Origin: a virus | Direction: 5' to 3' (one strand) | DNA: 64,000 nt | Virus record (IMG/VR): IMGVR_UViG_3300021420_000026 | Span: 6,221 to 70,220 of that record | Shown here: one piece after another, positions 55,163-64,000 of the stretch | Layout of the letters: the number at the start of each line of letters is the position of its first letter | How positions within the stretch are numbered: position 1 is the first letter of the stretch | Notes under the pieces: generated by a model | What the model was told of the DNA's origin: nothing | The model's input: only the letters and a program-made list of their open reading frames with translations | Database searches by the model: none | Program-made: the position numbers and the translations under genes

Positions 55163-55378
55163 ATGGACATCGTAGGAGCTGTTGAGGGCGCCATCGAGGG
55201 CGCGGTGCAGAGCGCTGAGGCTGAGGCCGCAAAGGTCGAGGCCGCTGTCGCCAAAGACGTGGCTGCGGTCAAGGCCGCGGCGGCGCGCACCTTCGAGTCG
55301 TTGCTGACGGAGTTCGACGCCCTCGTCGCCGACGTCCGCAAGCTCGAGGCGCATCTGGGCTTCGGCCCCAAGGCGTGA
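55163..55378 (+). CDS. small Ala-rich coiled-coil protein
   Basis: 71 aa, EAEAAKVEAAVAKDVAAVKAAAA repeats. Confidence 0.35.
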   Translation: MDIVGAVEGAIEGAVQSAEAEAAKVEAAVAKDVAAVKAAAARTFESLLTEFDALVADVRKLEAHLGFGPKA

Positions 55379-55596
55379 GGGTGTTCATTGGCATTACGGC
55401 GCCGGTGCTCGGCGCGGTGGCGCAGTATGCGGCGCGTGACCCAAAGGCTCTTGCCCTCGGAGGTCATGTGCGAGCCCGCGGCGATGTCGCCGCCATACAG
55501 CGGTGCATCAGGGACTACGCGGCCCTGAGTCGGTGGTTAAAGGCCGGGGCCATTACGTTCCCGCGGCAAGCGTTCATGACCGAGAGGTGGCTCTGA
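55375..55596 (+). CDS. hypothetical small protein
   Basis: GTG start overlapping the previous TGA; 73 aa. Confidence 0.3.
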   Translation: MRVFIGITAPVLGAVAQYAARDPKALALGGHVRARGDVAAIQRCIRDYAALSRWLKAGAITFPRQAFMTERWL

Positions 55597-55754
55597 TGCC
55601 TGCTCAGCGATTCACGAAGAAGGCGAACACGCCCAAGAAGCAGCGCCAGTGGGCGGATGTCGAGGCCTCGGCGAAGGCGCGGGGCGCGAGCCCGGGCTCA
55701 GCCATTCGTCAGGCCAATGCCGTGGTGCGCGATCACCCGGCCCGGGGGAAATAG
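55596..55754 (+). CDS. small Lys-rich basic protein
   Basis: 52 aa, MPAQRFTKKANTPKKQRQW...; ATG overlaps the previous stop by 1 nt. Confidence 0.3.
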   Translation: MPAQRFTKKANTPKKQRQWADVEASAKARGASPGSAIRQANAVVRDHPARGK

Positions 55755-55757
55755 TCC

Positions 55758-56603
55758 ATGCGTCGGCTTCGATCCATCATTGGCGGCATCTCAGTAAACA
55801 CGGCGCTATTTGCCGCTTTGCAGGCGCCGGCTACCGGCGTGCCGCTCACTCTGGCGGCCACGTCAATTCCGGCAGACTCCGGCCAGCTCTACCTCACCGC
55901 GGCTCCGGTTACGCTGACGAGCGCGGCCAACCTGAGCGCGATCAGCTTCACTGTTGTCGGCACGGATCGGCGCGGCAATGCGCTGTCCGAGATCATTGTC
56001 GGCCCCAACGCCAATACGGTGTCGGGCCACTTCCTGTTCGCCAATATCACCAGCATCACGCCCAACGGCACGAGCGCGTCGACGGTGAGCGCCGGTGTCT
56101 CGGGCACGCACTATGGGCCGTGGATCGTCACCGCGTTCCACCTCAGCACAGTCTTTGCCAAGGCGTTGTCTGGCACCACGCAGATATTCGACGTCTACGC
56201 AACGGCGCAGAACATCCTCGACGTTGGTCAGTTCCAGCCCGACCCTGTGAACAACTCGTGGGTTGGTGGTGAGGGCCTCATCGTCCCGCAGCCAGCGACA
56301 CAGTACAACAACGGCGCGTGGCCGCTCGTGCCAGCCAGTCTGCAGGCCGCGGCACCGTGGCTGCTTGGCACCAATCTCGTCCTGCCCGAAGACGATGGCG
56401 CGTGGTCTAGCGCGCAGGTGGCTCCGACTACGTTCACGGCGGCAGCGCCCGGAGCCGGTGGCTCAAACACGGGCGGCGAGATTCGTCTCGACCCCACAGG
56501 CGCATTCGCATGGCGGCTTGTGTTGGGCGGAGGAGCTGGCGCTGGTAGCCACGTCGCATTGGTGCAGATGGATGTCAGCATCGTCCGCCCGGCCCTGAGC
56601 TAA
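55758..56603 (+). CDS. tail/virion structural protein (paralog B)
   Basis: 281 aa; FTVVGTDRRGNALSEIIVGPNANTVSGHFLFANITSIT aligns with the 53866 protein. Confidence 0.45.
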   Translation: MRRLRSIIGGISVNTALFAALQAPATGVPLTLAATSIPADSGQLYLTAAPVTLTSAANLSAISFTVVGTDRRGNALSEIIVGPNANTVSGHFLFANITSITPNGTSASTVSAGVSGTHYGPWIVTAFHLSTVFAKALSGTTQIFDVYATAQNILDVGQFQPDPVNNSWVGGEGLIVPQPATQYNNGAWPLVPASLQAAAPWLLGTNLVLPEDDGAWSSAQVAPTTFTAAAPGAGGSNTGGEIRLDPTGAFAWRLVLGGGAGAGSHVALVQMDVSIVRPALS

Positions 56604-56755
56604 TCCTTGTGGCGCTCTGCTACATCGAGGAGTTCTACACCACCAAGGCCCCGCCGGGCTTCCGGTTGCTTCGTCTTGGCGCGAGCCTGCCTCCCGCCAT
56701 GATCTTGGTATACTGGAGCCTCGGGCGATAACAACAACGAACGGAGGCCGCAGCC

Positions 56756-57211
56756 ATGACACAGACCACAGTCACAATCGACCACGATGCCATCGTCACC
56801 TCACTCAAGGGCGACACCGACTTCTTGTCCAAGGTCAAGGGCGAGAAGGGCGACAAAGGCGACAAGGGCGATGCCGTCAAAGGCGACAAGGGTGACAAGG
56901 GCGACAGCATCAAGGGCGACAAGGGCGACCCGGGTGACAAGGGTGACTCGGTCAAGGGCGACAAAGGCGACAAGGGCGAGTCGGTGAAGGGTGAGAGGGG
57001 CGATAAAGGCGACTCCGTGAAGGGAGACAAGGGCGAGAAGGGCGACTCGGTCAAGGGTGACAAGGGAGTCGACGGCAAGGACGGCGTGAGCATCCGCGGC
57101 CCGCAGGGAGCGCCCGGTGCCGATGCCCCGGTGAAACAGATTTACGCCGCGCTGATCGCGCTCGCCGTCGCCGTGGTGGCGCTGGCCGCGCACGCGCTGG
57201 GGGCATTCTAA
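56756..57211 (+). CDS. collagen-like repeat protein with C-terminal hydrophobic anchor
   Basis: Interrupted Gly-X-Y repeats (VKGDKGDKGDS x about 7) ending in GPQGAPGADAP, then VKQIYAALIALAVAVVALAAHALGAF. Confidence 0.6.
   Translation: MTQTTVTIDHDAIVTSLKGDTDFLSKVKGEKGDKGDKGDAVKGDKGDKGDSIKGDKGDPGDKGDSVKGDKGDKGESVKGERGDKGDSVKGDKGEKGDSVKGDKGVDGKDGVSIRGPQGAPGADAPVKQIYAALIALAVAVVALAAHALGAF
56834..57086 (+). repeat. 33-bp (occasionally 42-bp) direct tandem repeats encoding the KGDKGD collagen-like units
   Basis: gtcaagggcgacaagggcgacaagggcga(c/t)(tcg/agc) repeated about 7 times in frame. Confidence 0.6.
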
Positions 57212-57627
57212 TGACGAGCTTGAGTTCAGATCCGGCGGCACAGCTGCTGAGCGCGAACCGCGCCGCGGCGTACGCCAACAGCCCGACGACGAACCCGCCA
57301 GCACGCGGCGAGGCGAGTGGAGGCGGCGGCTATCCCGCTGGAGGCGGCCCGGGCGTGCCGAGCGCTGGTCCGACCGCGCACCCGGCGAGTGCCATCGGGC
57401 CATTGAGCCCGGGATCAGTCGGTGGTGGGGTCATGCCCGGCCATCAGGCTGGATCGGGGTGTCCGCAGAACACGACGGGTGGCGGCTCACAGGTCGCGGC
57501 AGGTGGTGGCGGCAACACTTGGCCCGCGGGCGGCATGGCGCTGCCCTCGGGACTGGGACAGATCAATGGAGGCTCGCCGGAGGCGCAGCCGTCTACGGGT
57601 TACGAGCTGGTGAGCCGGACGTCGTAG
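57211..57627 (+). CDS. Gly/Pro/Ala-rich low-complexity protein
   Basis: ATG overlaps the previous TAA; GGGGYPAGGGPG and AAGGGGNTWPAGG runs. Confidence 0.4.
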   Translation: MTSLSSDPAAQLLSANRAAAYANSPTTNPPARGEASGGGGYPAGGGPGVPSAGPTAHPASAIGPLSPGSVGGGVMPGHQAGSGCPQNTTGGGSQVAAGGGGNTWPAGGMALPSGLGQINGGSPEAQPSTGYELVSRTS

Positions 57628-57802
57628 GCTCGATGAGTTCACGCCAGCGCGGCGCCAGCAGCTGCTCCTCGGCGTCCATGGATTCGACTGGGACGTGCAG
57701 CCCGCAGCTGTTGCGGACGTAGATGGCGTCTCCGACCTTGATGGGGTCAACGAACACCGGCAGTGGATTGCTGGCCATGGATAGAGCATAGCAGAGAGCG
57801 CA

Positions 57803-58483
57803 ATGTCACTGACGTCTGGAACATACGGTTTTGCCCCTGAAGTAGCGGAGATGGTCGCCGAGGCATGGGAACGCCTTGGCATCGAGCCCGAGACCCTGCG
57901 CGCGCGTCACGCCGTCTCGAGCCGGCGCAGCCTCAACTTCATGTTCGCCGGCTGGGCCACGCAGGGCTTCAAGCAGCCGTGGATCACCGTGCAGACGTTC
58001 ACGCTCGCCCTCAACCAGATCAACGTGCTGCTCGCCGCGCCGGCCATCGACGTCTTCCACGCCTACCTCACGCGCACGGGCTACGACACGGAGATGTATC
58101 CGATTGGCCGCAGCGACTACGAGGCCATCCCCAACAAGACGCAGACCGGGCGCCCGACCATGTACTTCGTCGACTACTCGGCGGAGAACAACAACGGCGC
58201 GCCCACGGTCAAAATCTGGCAGGCGAGCCAGAACAGCACGGACGTCCTCAACGTCAGCTGCTTCAACCGGTATCAGGATTCGGGGCAGGCCAATCAGGGA
58301 CTGTTCATCCCCTACGTGTGGTATGAGGCCTGCGCATCGGGGTTGGCGGCCGCGCTTGCGGTAAAATGGAAGCCGGAGAAGCTGGGGGTTCTCGCCCCCC
58401 TCGCCGCGTCAGCTTTCAAGACGGCGCAAGAGTCCACCCGCGAGAAGGGCTCGACGCGCGTGCGCGTAAGGATGGGGCGATGA
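57803..58483 (+). CDS. virion structural protein (putative adaptor/tail component)
   Basis: 226 aa, coupled to the downstream gene. Confidence 0.45.
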   Translation: MSLTSGTYGFAPEVAEMVAEAWERLGIEPETLRARHAVSSRRSLNFMFAGWATQGFKQPWITVQTFTLALNQINVLLAAPAIDVFHAYLTRTGYDTEMYPIGRSDYEAIPNKTQTGRPTMYFVDYSAENNNGAPTVKIWQASQNSTDVLNVSCFNRYQDSGQANQGLFIPYVWYEACASGLAAALAVKWKPEKLGVLAPLAASAFKTAQESTREKGSTRVRVRMGR

Positions 58484-58869
58484 TGAATCTGTACATTCCG
58501 TTCGAGCACATGGGCGTGATGCAGCATTCCGGCGGTAGCAACTGCACGGGGTGCGGTGACTGTCGCGCCGAGCCGGCGCCCGAGATCGAGCTGCTGCCCA
58601 TTGACGTGCTCGAGGCGCGCATCCGAGCCGAGAAGTCCATTGCCGCCGACACGCCGGTGCCGCCGGACGCTCCGGGTTCTTGGGGCGGAGATGGCGTCGT
58701 GGTTTGCTGCACCTGCAGCCCCTTCGGCCCCACGGCCGCGAGCGGACACATGCAGAGCTGTCCGCTTTACACAAAGCCGGCTGTGTATCAGGTGCTTACC
58801 ACAACGGCGCCCTTCACCACGTGCACCGCGCTCGTCAACGACACCATCGTCTGCGGGAGGCCGATATGA
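58480..58869 (+). CDS. Cys-rich small protein
   Basis: Start MMNLYIPFEHM overlapping the previous TGA; CTGCGDC, CCTCSP, SCPLY, TCTAL and CGRP motifs. Confidence 0.4.
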   Translation: MMNLYIPFEHMGVMQHSGGSNCTGCGDCRAEPAPEIELLPIDVLEARIRAEKSIAADTPVPPDAPGSWGGDGVVVCCTCSPFGPTAASGHMQSCPLYTKPAVYQVLTTTAPFTTCTALVNDTIVCGRPI

Positions 58870-59447
58870 AGCGCCTCGCCGTCGCCACGCTCGTATTGAC
58901 AGCCGCGCTCGCGTTCTGCGCCGTCGCGGCGCGCGCCGCCGAACATCAGGCGACCGCCGTGCTCACGGCGCCAGTGCACGAGCCCACGAGCTTCGAGACC
59001 ATGAACGAGGCCGCGGTGTACGCGCTCAAGCTGGCGTACAGCCTCAGCCACTACTACGAGATCGGCGGCGTCATCACCATGCTCGACGGCAAGTATCTGA
59101 TCGGCTATCCGACCACGGACTTCAGCGGGGTCAGCGTCGACCTCAACGCCGTGCTGGATCCCGGCCACTACAAGGGCGTGATCGTGGCCAACTACCACAC
59201 GCACCCGTGCAACTCGAACACGCGCGAGCCCGCGGTGTTCAGCCCCGAGGATCTCCACGAGGACCGCGCGTTTCGCTACCCGGGCTACATGGCGGACTTC
59301 TGCACGGGCGACGTCCACCTCTACCAGCCCGGAGTCGACAAGCTGCCAGCTGACGCCGGTAGGGAAGGCTGGCTCGGGACCGTCATCGGCCATTTCCCGG
59401 TAGACGGCCTCGTGCTCGACAGCCCGGCCATGCTCGACCTGCTCTGA
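58866..59447 (+). CDS. secreted protein with JAMM/MPN-like HxH...SxxD motif (possible metallo-hydrolase)
   Basis: Signal peptide MKRLAVATLVLTAALAFCAVAARA; HTHPCNSNTREPAVFSPED matches HxH...SxxD with atypical spacing. Confidence 0.45.
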   Translation: MKRLAVATLVLTAALAFCAVAARAAEHQATAVLTAPVHEPTSFETMNEAAVYALKLAYSLSHYYEIGGVITMLDGKYLIGYPTTDFSGVSVDLNAVLDPGHYKGVIVANYHTHPCNSNTREPAVFSPEDLHEDRAFRYPGYMADFCTGDVHLYQPGVDKLPADAGREGWLGTVIGHFPVDGLVLDSPAMLDLL

Positions 59448-59477
59448 TCGATTACTTTCGCACCAGAACGATTACAA

Positions 59478-60038
59478 ATGCCCTACGCCAAGCCCAAACA
59501 GACCATCGCCATCTGCAACCGCTCCGGTGCGAAGATGCTTCGCAAGGACATGGTTGAAGACGGCTACCTGCGCGGGCTGCTCGTGCACCCGGACTGGTAC
59601 GACCCGCCGCACCCGCAGGAGGGCAAGTGGGATCCCGAGGAGGGCATCGCCATCTGGAAGCCGGCGCCCGACCTCATGCCGACGCCGCCCTCGCCTGTTG
59701 CGGCCGGCAACCGCGTGGGCGCGAATGCCACGATCACGTGGACGCAGGTAGATCCGCCGGGGTCGACGGTGAAGCGCTGGGAGGTATGGCGCAACATCAA
59801 CAACGGGCTGGGCTTCCTCAAGCTCGGCACGGCACTGCCCATCTACCCGCAGGGGTTCTTTGTGCAGGGCGCCGACCAGATCAAGGGCGACAGCGCCGCC
59901 GTGACCGGGCTCACGTTCACGGACACGGGCTCGGCCGCCGGCTACAAGTACTACGTCATCGCCGTCACCTACGACACCAGCATCGAGAACACTGACGGCT
60001 TGGCGAGCGCACCCTCGAACACGGTGACAGTGTCATGA
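59478..60038 (+). CDS. fibronectin type III-like domain protein
   Basis: 186 aa; ATITWTQVDPP...KRWEVWRN...GLTFTDTGSAAGYKYYVIAVTYD is a typical FN3 strand pattern. Confidence 0.5.
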   Translation: MPYAKPKQTIAICNRSGAKMLRKDMVEDGYLRGLLVHPDWYDPPHPQEGKWDPEEGIAIWKPAPDLMPTPPSPVAAGNRVGANATITWTQVDPPGSTVKRWEVWRNINNGLGFLKLGTALPIYPQGFFVQGADQIKGDSAAVTGLTFTDTGSAAGYKYYVIAVTYDTSIENTDGLASAPSNTVTVS

Positions 60039-60787
60039 CGCAGATCGCATGGACGTACAACACGCTGACGTCGGCGCTCCAGATTTGGCTCGACGACACC
60101 GACCCCGACTGGGTAGCCGCGTTCACGCCGCCAAGCGGCGCGCCGGGCACGGCGATCACGGCCATCAATCTCCTGATCCAGCTCGGCGAGCAGAAGATCG
60201 TCGACGACTTCGATCTGACCATCTTCGACGTATTGACGACCGTACCGCTCACCTTCCCGTTGGCGACCGGCCTCGTCGGCCGCCCCGCGGGACTGCTCGT
60301 GACCGACGACCTCGGCTATCAGGTGCCTTCTGGCCCGAGCGCGGGCAAGTACGCGTACATCGAGCGCCGCGACTACAGCTGGCTGCAGGACTACCGCGAC
60401 CCCGCGGTAACTGGTCCGCCGAAGTACTACGCCGAAGCCGACTCCAATAACTGGCTGATCGGGCCCTCGCCGGATCAGGCGTACACGCTAGTCACCTACG
60501 GCCCCAATGCCGCGCAGAGCCTGCTCGACGTCGGCCCCACGGTGTCGACGTGGCTGTCGCAGAACCTCTCGCAGCTCATGATCCACGCCTGCCTCATGGA
60601 GGCCGCGCGCTTCCTCAAGAACAACGGCAAGCTCCAAGAGGAGCAGGCCGCGTACAACGAGAAGGTTGGGCCCATGAAACTGCGTCTCCGCGCGCTCCGC
60701 CGCAACACTGTGGAGAGCCCGCGATTGGTCTCGCAGCAGATGCCCGAGGGCCAGCTGCCAGCGTCCCGGGAGGGGTCGCAGCAGTAG
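60035..60787 (+). CDS. tail structural protein
   Basis: 250 aa; ATGA-type overlap with the previous gene. Confidence 0.45.
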   Translation: MTQIAWTYNTLTSALQIWLDDTDPDWVAAFTPPSGAPGTAITAINLLIQLGEQKIVDDFDLTIFDVLTTVPLTFPLATGLVGRPAGLLVTDDLGYQVPSGPSAGKYAYIERRDYSWLQDYRDPAVTGPPKYYAEADSNNWLIGPSPDQAYTLVTYGPNAAQSLLDVGPTVSTWLSQNLSQLMIHACLMEAARFLKNNGKLQEEQAAYNEKVGPMKLRLRALRRNTVESPRLVSQQMPEGQLPASREGSQQ

Positions 60788-60880
60788 TGCTACACTGAAT
60801 AGATTGCCGACTAGATCCGTGTGGCCGCAACCACGCGGATTGCAACGAAAAGAGTGGCTGAAGCCACCCGGGATGACTAG

Positions 60881-62464
60881 ATGCCGAGTTCATATGGTGC
60901 GCTGCTACGCCTGACGCTTCAGGCTGACGGCGAAAACACGAGCACGTGGGGTGACATCGTTAACGCGGTGTTCAACCTCATTGAGTCCGCTGTGGCCGGC
61001 GCCACCACGATTGCCGTGACCACGGGCACGACGACGCTGACCACGAACAACGGCGCCGCGGATCAGGCTCGCAACGCCATCCTCATCATCACCGGCGCGC
61101 TGAGCGGCAACGTCACCATCGTCGTCCCCAACCTCAGCAAACCCTACATCGTCTACAACAACACGTCGGGCGCCTTCACCGTCACCATAGCGACAGCGGC
61201 TCCGGTGGCGAGCGCGGTCATCACACAGGGCACGTCCCAGCTCGTGTTCTGCGACGGCGCAAACAACGTCTTCGTGCCCGTGGCCAATGCCACCTCCCTT
61301 GGCGGTGTCGCGGCCGCGAACTACGCGCGTAAGGACGCCGGGCAGAGCAACCTCTTCGCCGCCCGCAACGCCGAGACCTTCCAGAACGTCGCCTATGCCG
61401 CGACGATCACGCTCGACGCCTCGACGGGCAACAGCTTCGGCACGACGATCACGGGCGCGACGACGCTGGCGTCTCCGACCAACCCCGCCGACGGCCAGAC
61501 CATCTGCTGGTTCCTGACGCAGGACGCCACGGGCGGGCGCACAGTTGGCTTCGGCGCCGCGTGGCTGTTCCCCAACGGCCTGCCCTCGGCTGTCGACCTG
61601 ACGCCGAACGCGACGACGGTGCTGCTGGCCAAGTACAACGGCACCCTCGCCAAGTGGGTGGTCTACTCCGTGTTCACTGGCTTCAACGGCACCGCGGTCA
61701 CTGGCAACATCACCATCAGCCAGAACACGCAGAACGTGAGCGTGTTCCGTCTCGCCGGCAGCCCCGGCGTAGCGGTCAACCTCACGGTCACCGTGGCGCC
61801 GGGCGTGCTCGTCACGGCCACGGACCCGCAGGCCTACGCCATGGACTTCTCGGGCTTCGTCGCTGGCTCCGTGATCACGCTGACGAACAACGGCTACATC
61901 ATCGGCCGCGGTGGCAACGGCGGACAGGGCGGCGCGCAGGGCAAGGGCGGCAGCTCGAGCACGAGCCTGACTCAGGGCGCGCGCGGTCGCACCGGCGGCA
62001 CGGCCATCAACGGGCCGGGCGCGGGATCCACGCTCAACATTACGAACAGCAACGGCTTCATCTGGGGCGGTGGCGGTGGTGGCGGCGGTGGTGGCACCAG
62101 CGCCCCGGGTAGCGGCGGCGACAGCAACGGCGGTGGCGGAGGTGGCGGAGCCGGTGGCAGCCTCGGCGGCGACGGCGGCAACTCCGGCGTGGCCAACGGC
62201 AACAATCAGGCGCCGAACGGCGGCGACGGCACGTGGCTGACCTCTGGCGCGAACGGCGCTGGCGCGGTGGGCGCGGGCAGCACCATCGGCCAGACTGGAG
62301 GCAACGGCGGCGACTGGGGCGCGGCTGGCACAGCCGGCACCAACGGCGGCAACAGTGTCGGCGGCTCAGCGGGAGCAGCGGGCAAGGCCGTGAACAAGAA
62401 CGGCGCCACGGTCAACTTCCTGAGCGGCGGCACGGCGCCGAACGTGAAGGGCGCGGTATCGTGA
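60881..62464 (+). CDS. tail-fibre-like protein with Thr/Ala/Asn-rich beta region and poly-Gly C-terminal domain
   Basis: 527 aa; NxT-rich beta-helix-like middle; GGGGGGGGGTSAPGSGGDSNGGGGGGGAGGSLGGDGG near nt 62064-62200. Confidence 0.55.
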   Translation: MPSSYGALLRLTLQADGENTSTWGDIVNAVFNLIESAVAGATTIAVTTGTTTLTTNNGAADQARNAILIITGALSGNVTIVVPNLSKPYIVYNNTSGAFTVTIATAAPVASAVITQGTSQLVFCDGANNVFVPVANATSLGGVAAANYARKDAGQSNLFAARNAETFQNVAYAATITLDASTGNSFGTTITGATTLASPTNPADGQTICWFLTQDATGGRTVGFGAAWLFPNGLPSAVDLTPNATTVLLAKYNGTLAKWVVYSVFTGFNGTAVTGNITISQNTQNVSVFRLAGSPGVAVNLTVTVAPGVLVTATDPQAYAMDFSGFVAGSVITLTNNGYIIGRGGNGGQGGAQGKGGSSSTSLTQGARGRTGGTAINGPGAGSTLNITNSNGFIWGGGGGGGGGGTSAPGSGGDSNGGGGGGGAGGSLGGDGGNSGVANGNNQAPNGGDGTWLTSGANGAGAVGAGSTIGQTGGNGGDWGAAGTAGTNGGNSVGGSAGAAGKAVNKNGATVNFLSGGTAPNVKGAVS

Positions 62465-62685
62465 GCGCGGAGGAGTGGCGGCGCGAGTGCATCTACGCGC
62501 ACACGCAGAGCTGCTATCAGCGCTACCCCGGGTACGTCAATGTCTCGCGCTGCGTCAACGGTGACTACGAGATCACGGTGCGTAGCGCCGAGAGCGTGGG
62601 CACCGGGCAGCTGCGGGTGTCGAAGGCAAGATTTCTCGAGTTGGTGGAGGCGCTCGCGACGGAAGCTCACAGCGCCAAGAAGTAA
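62461..62685 (+). CDS. hypothetical small Cys-containing protein
   Basis: GTGA overlap with the fibre stop; 74 aa, CIYAHTQSCYQRYPGYVNVSRC. Confidence 0.35.
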   Translation: MSAEEWRRECIYAHTQSCYQRYPGYVNVSRCVNGDYEITVRSAESVGTGQLRVSKARFLELVEALATEAHSAKK

Positions 62686-62719
62686 AGCAAAGCTCTCGTC
62701 CCTTTAAGAGCGCAGGCGC

Positions 62720-64000
62720 ATGTTAAAGCTCCCCTATAAAGTCACGCAGGTCGAAGACGATGCCATCAGCCTCCAGCTGTCGCCGGGGCTCATGTCCATT
62801 GTCAGCGACCGCGACGCCAAGGGACGGTGGAAAGACGGCAATCTCGTGCGCTTCACCCCCAGCTCCGGGCTGCCGGCGAAGATGGGCGGGTGGACGCAGA
62901 TCATCCCAACCAACCTCGCGGGCGGCAACTTCACAGGCGCAGGACGCACGCTTCACGAGTGGCAGAGCCTCGACCGCCAGCTGTGGGCGGCCATCGGCAC
63001 GAACTGCAAGCTCTACATCTACAATCAGGGCTCGGTCTACGACATCACGCCGAGCCGGCGCTTCGCGACGCTGACGAACCCGTTCTCGACGCAGAACGGC
63101 TCGCCCACGGTCATCGTCACCGACGCCAACCACGGCGCCAACCCCGGCGATCACGTCCAGTTCTCGGGCTTCTCGCCCGTGGGCGGACTCACGATCTCGG
63201 GCGAGTACAACGTCGTGTCGACGACGCTAAATACGTACACGATCACCGCGGCCAGCAACGCCTCGTCGACGACCACTGGCGGCGGCACTGGCAGCGTCAA
63301 CTACGACATCAGCTGCATGAGCGTGGGCGCGGCGCCTCAGTTCGGCTGGGGCGCAGGGGCTTGGGGCACAGCGCGCCTCGCCGCCAACCTCACGGGCTCG
63401 ATCTCCGCGACTACGCTCACGGTCACCGCCATCGCCAACGGCGTCATCGGCAGCAACGGCACCAACACCTTGGGCGGCGTCGGCGTCACCGCTGGCACGG
63501 TCATCACCGCGCAGCTCACCGGCCCCACGGGCGGCATCGGCACGTACACCGTCAATAACAGCCAGACCGTAGCCAGCGAGGCCATGACGCTGACGCAGGG
63601 ATGGTCTGAGCCCTCGAGCAGCTCCAACATATTCAGCGACGTCGGCTTCTGGAGTCTGGGCAACTGGGGCGAGGATCTCATCGCGAGCCCGCGCGGCGGC
63701 GGCATCTACGTGTGGAAGAAGTCGGGCGGCCCCTTCTCCAAGGCCACGCTGATACCCGGCGCTCCGCTATTCAACAACCTTGTCATCGTCGCCCAAGACC
63801 AGCGGCAGATCATCTCTTTAGGCAGCTCGAACATAGACTCGACGGGCACGATCCTCAACGGCACGCTCGACCCCTCGATCATCCGCTGGTGCACGCCCGA
63901 GGACTACACGACGTGGATAGCGAGCCTGACGAACGCCGCCGGCAGCATTCGCCTCACCTCAGGGTCCGGCATCGTCACGGCGGGGGCGACGCGCGGCGGC
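62720..64000 (+). CDS. large tail protein (fibre/spike-like), 5-prime partial; continues past the window end
   Basis: Frame-2 reading frame open from ATG 62720 to the window end (more than 426 codons) with very high third-position GC; Thr/Gly/Ser/Asn-rich beta composition. Not in the ORF track because no stop occurs in the window. Confidence 0.6.
   Translation, partial: MLKLPYKVTQVEDDAISLQLSPGLMSIVSDRDAKGRWKDGNLVRFTPSSGLPAKMGGWTQIIPTNLAGGNFTGAGRTLHEWQSLDRQLWAAIGTNCKLYIYNQGSVYDITPSRRFATLTNPFSTQNGSPTVIVTDANHGANPGDHVQFSGFSPVGGLTISGEYNVVSTTLNTYTITAASNASSTTTGGGTGSVNYDISCMSVGAAPQFGWGAGAWGTARLAANLTGSISATTLTVTAIANGVIGSNGTNTLGGVGVTAGTVITAQLTGPTGGIGTYTVNNSQTVASEAMTLTQGWSEPSSSSNIFSDVGFWSLGNWGEDLIASPRGGGIYVWKKSGGPFSKATLIPGAPLFNNLVIVAQDQRQIISLGSSNIDSTGTILNGTLDPSIIRWCTPEDYTTWIASLTNAAGSIRLTSGSGIVTAGATRGG

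Noticed and set aside
56635-57093. Minus-strand ORF encoding PLSPLSPFTESPLSP repeats
   Set aside because: It is the antisense reading of the 33-bp collagen-like tandem repeats; the plus-strand frame has the start/stop coupling and a hydrophobic C-terminal domain.
62760-63558. Plus-strand ORFs 62760-63074 and 62827-63558 (Arg-rich)
   Set aside because: Off-frame relative to the genuine frame-2 gene starting at ATG 62720, which stays open to the window end with high GC3.
1-64000. CRISPR arrays, integrase/att sites, rRNA or reverse transcriptase/DGR elements
   Set aside because: No short regularly spaced repeats, no tyrosine or serine recombinase motifs, and no RT motifs were seen anywhere in the window.

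Overview
High-GC (about 65%), gene-dense segment of a tailed dsDNA phage or prophage (Caudoviricetes-like). Almost every base is coding, with many ATGA and GTGA start/stop overlaps indicating translationally coupled operons. Reading left to right: (i) three coupled virion-type genes ending in a giant 3,776-aa multidomain ORF, (ii) a lysis cassette (SLT-type endolysin, free-standing HNH homing endonuclease, holin, i-spanin/o-spanin), (iii) a minus-strand recombination and DNA-metabolism block (SSB, Erf, YqaJ-like exonuclease, DEDDh exonuclease, KxDG ligase-like protein), (iv) a plus-strand replication block (endonuclease VII, Toprim primase plus P-loop helicase, VRR-NUC), (v) the packaging and head module (small terminase, an inserted accessory cluster with a DnaQ-like exonuclease, nucleotide-pool enzymes and an SPFH protein, large terminase, 858-aa portal, GroES-like and SLOG-like proteins, scaffold, capsid genes, strong terminator), (vi) a cluster of five tRNAs followed by an operon with MazG, a HAD nucleotidase and RtcB RNA ligase, (vii) a minus-strand block of about 17 tiny coupled early-type ORFs, and (viii) a plus-strand tail module with a duplicated structural gene, a protein carrying 33-bp collagen-like tandem repeats, a poly-Gly tail-fibre-like protein and a large tail protein running off the window end. 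No CRISPR array, integrase or rRNA was seen. All calls are from sequence inspection only; no searches were run.
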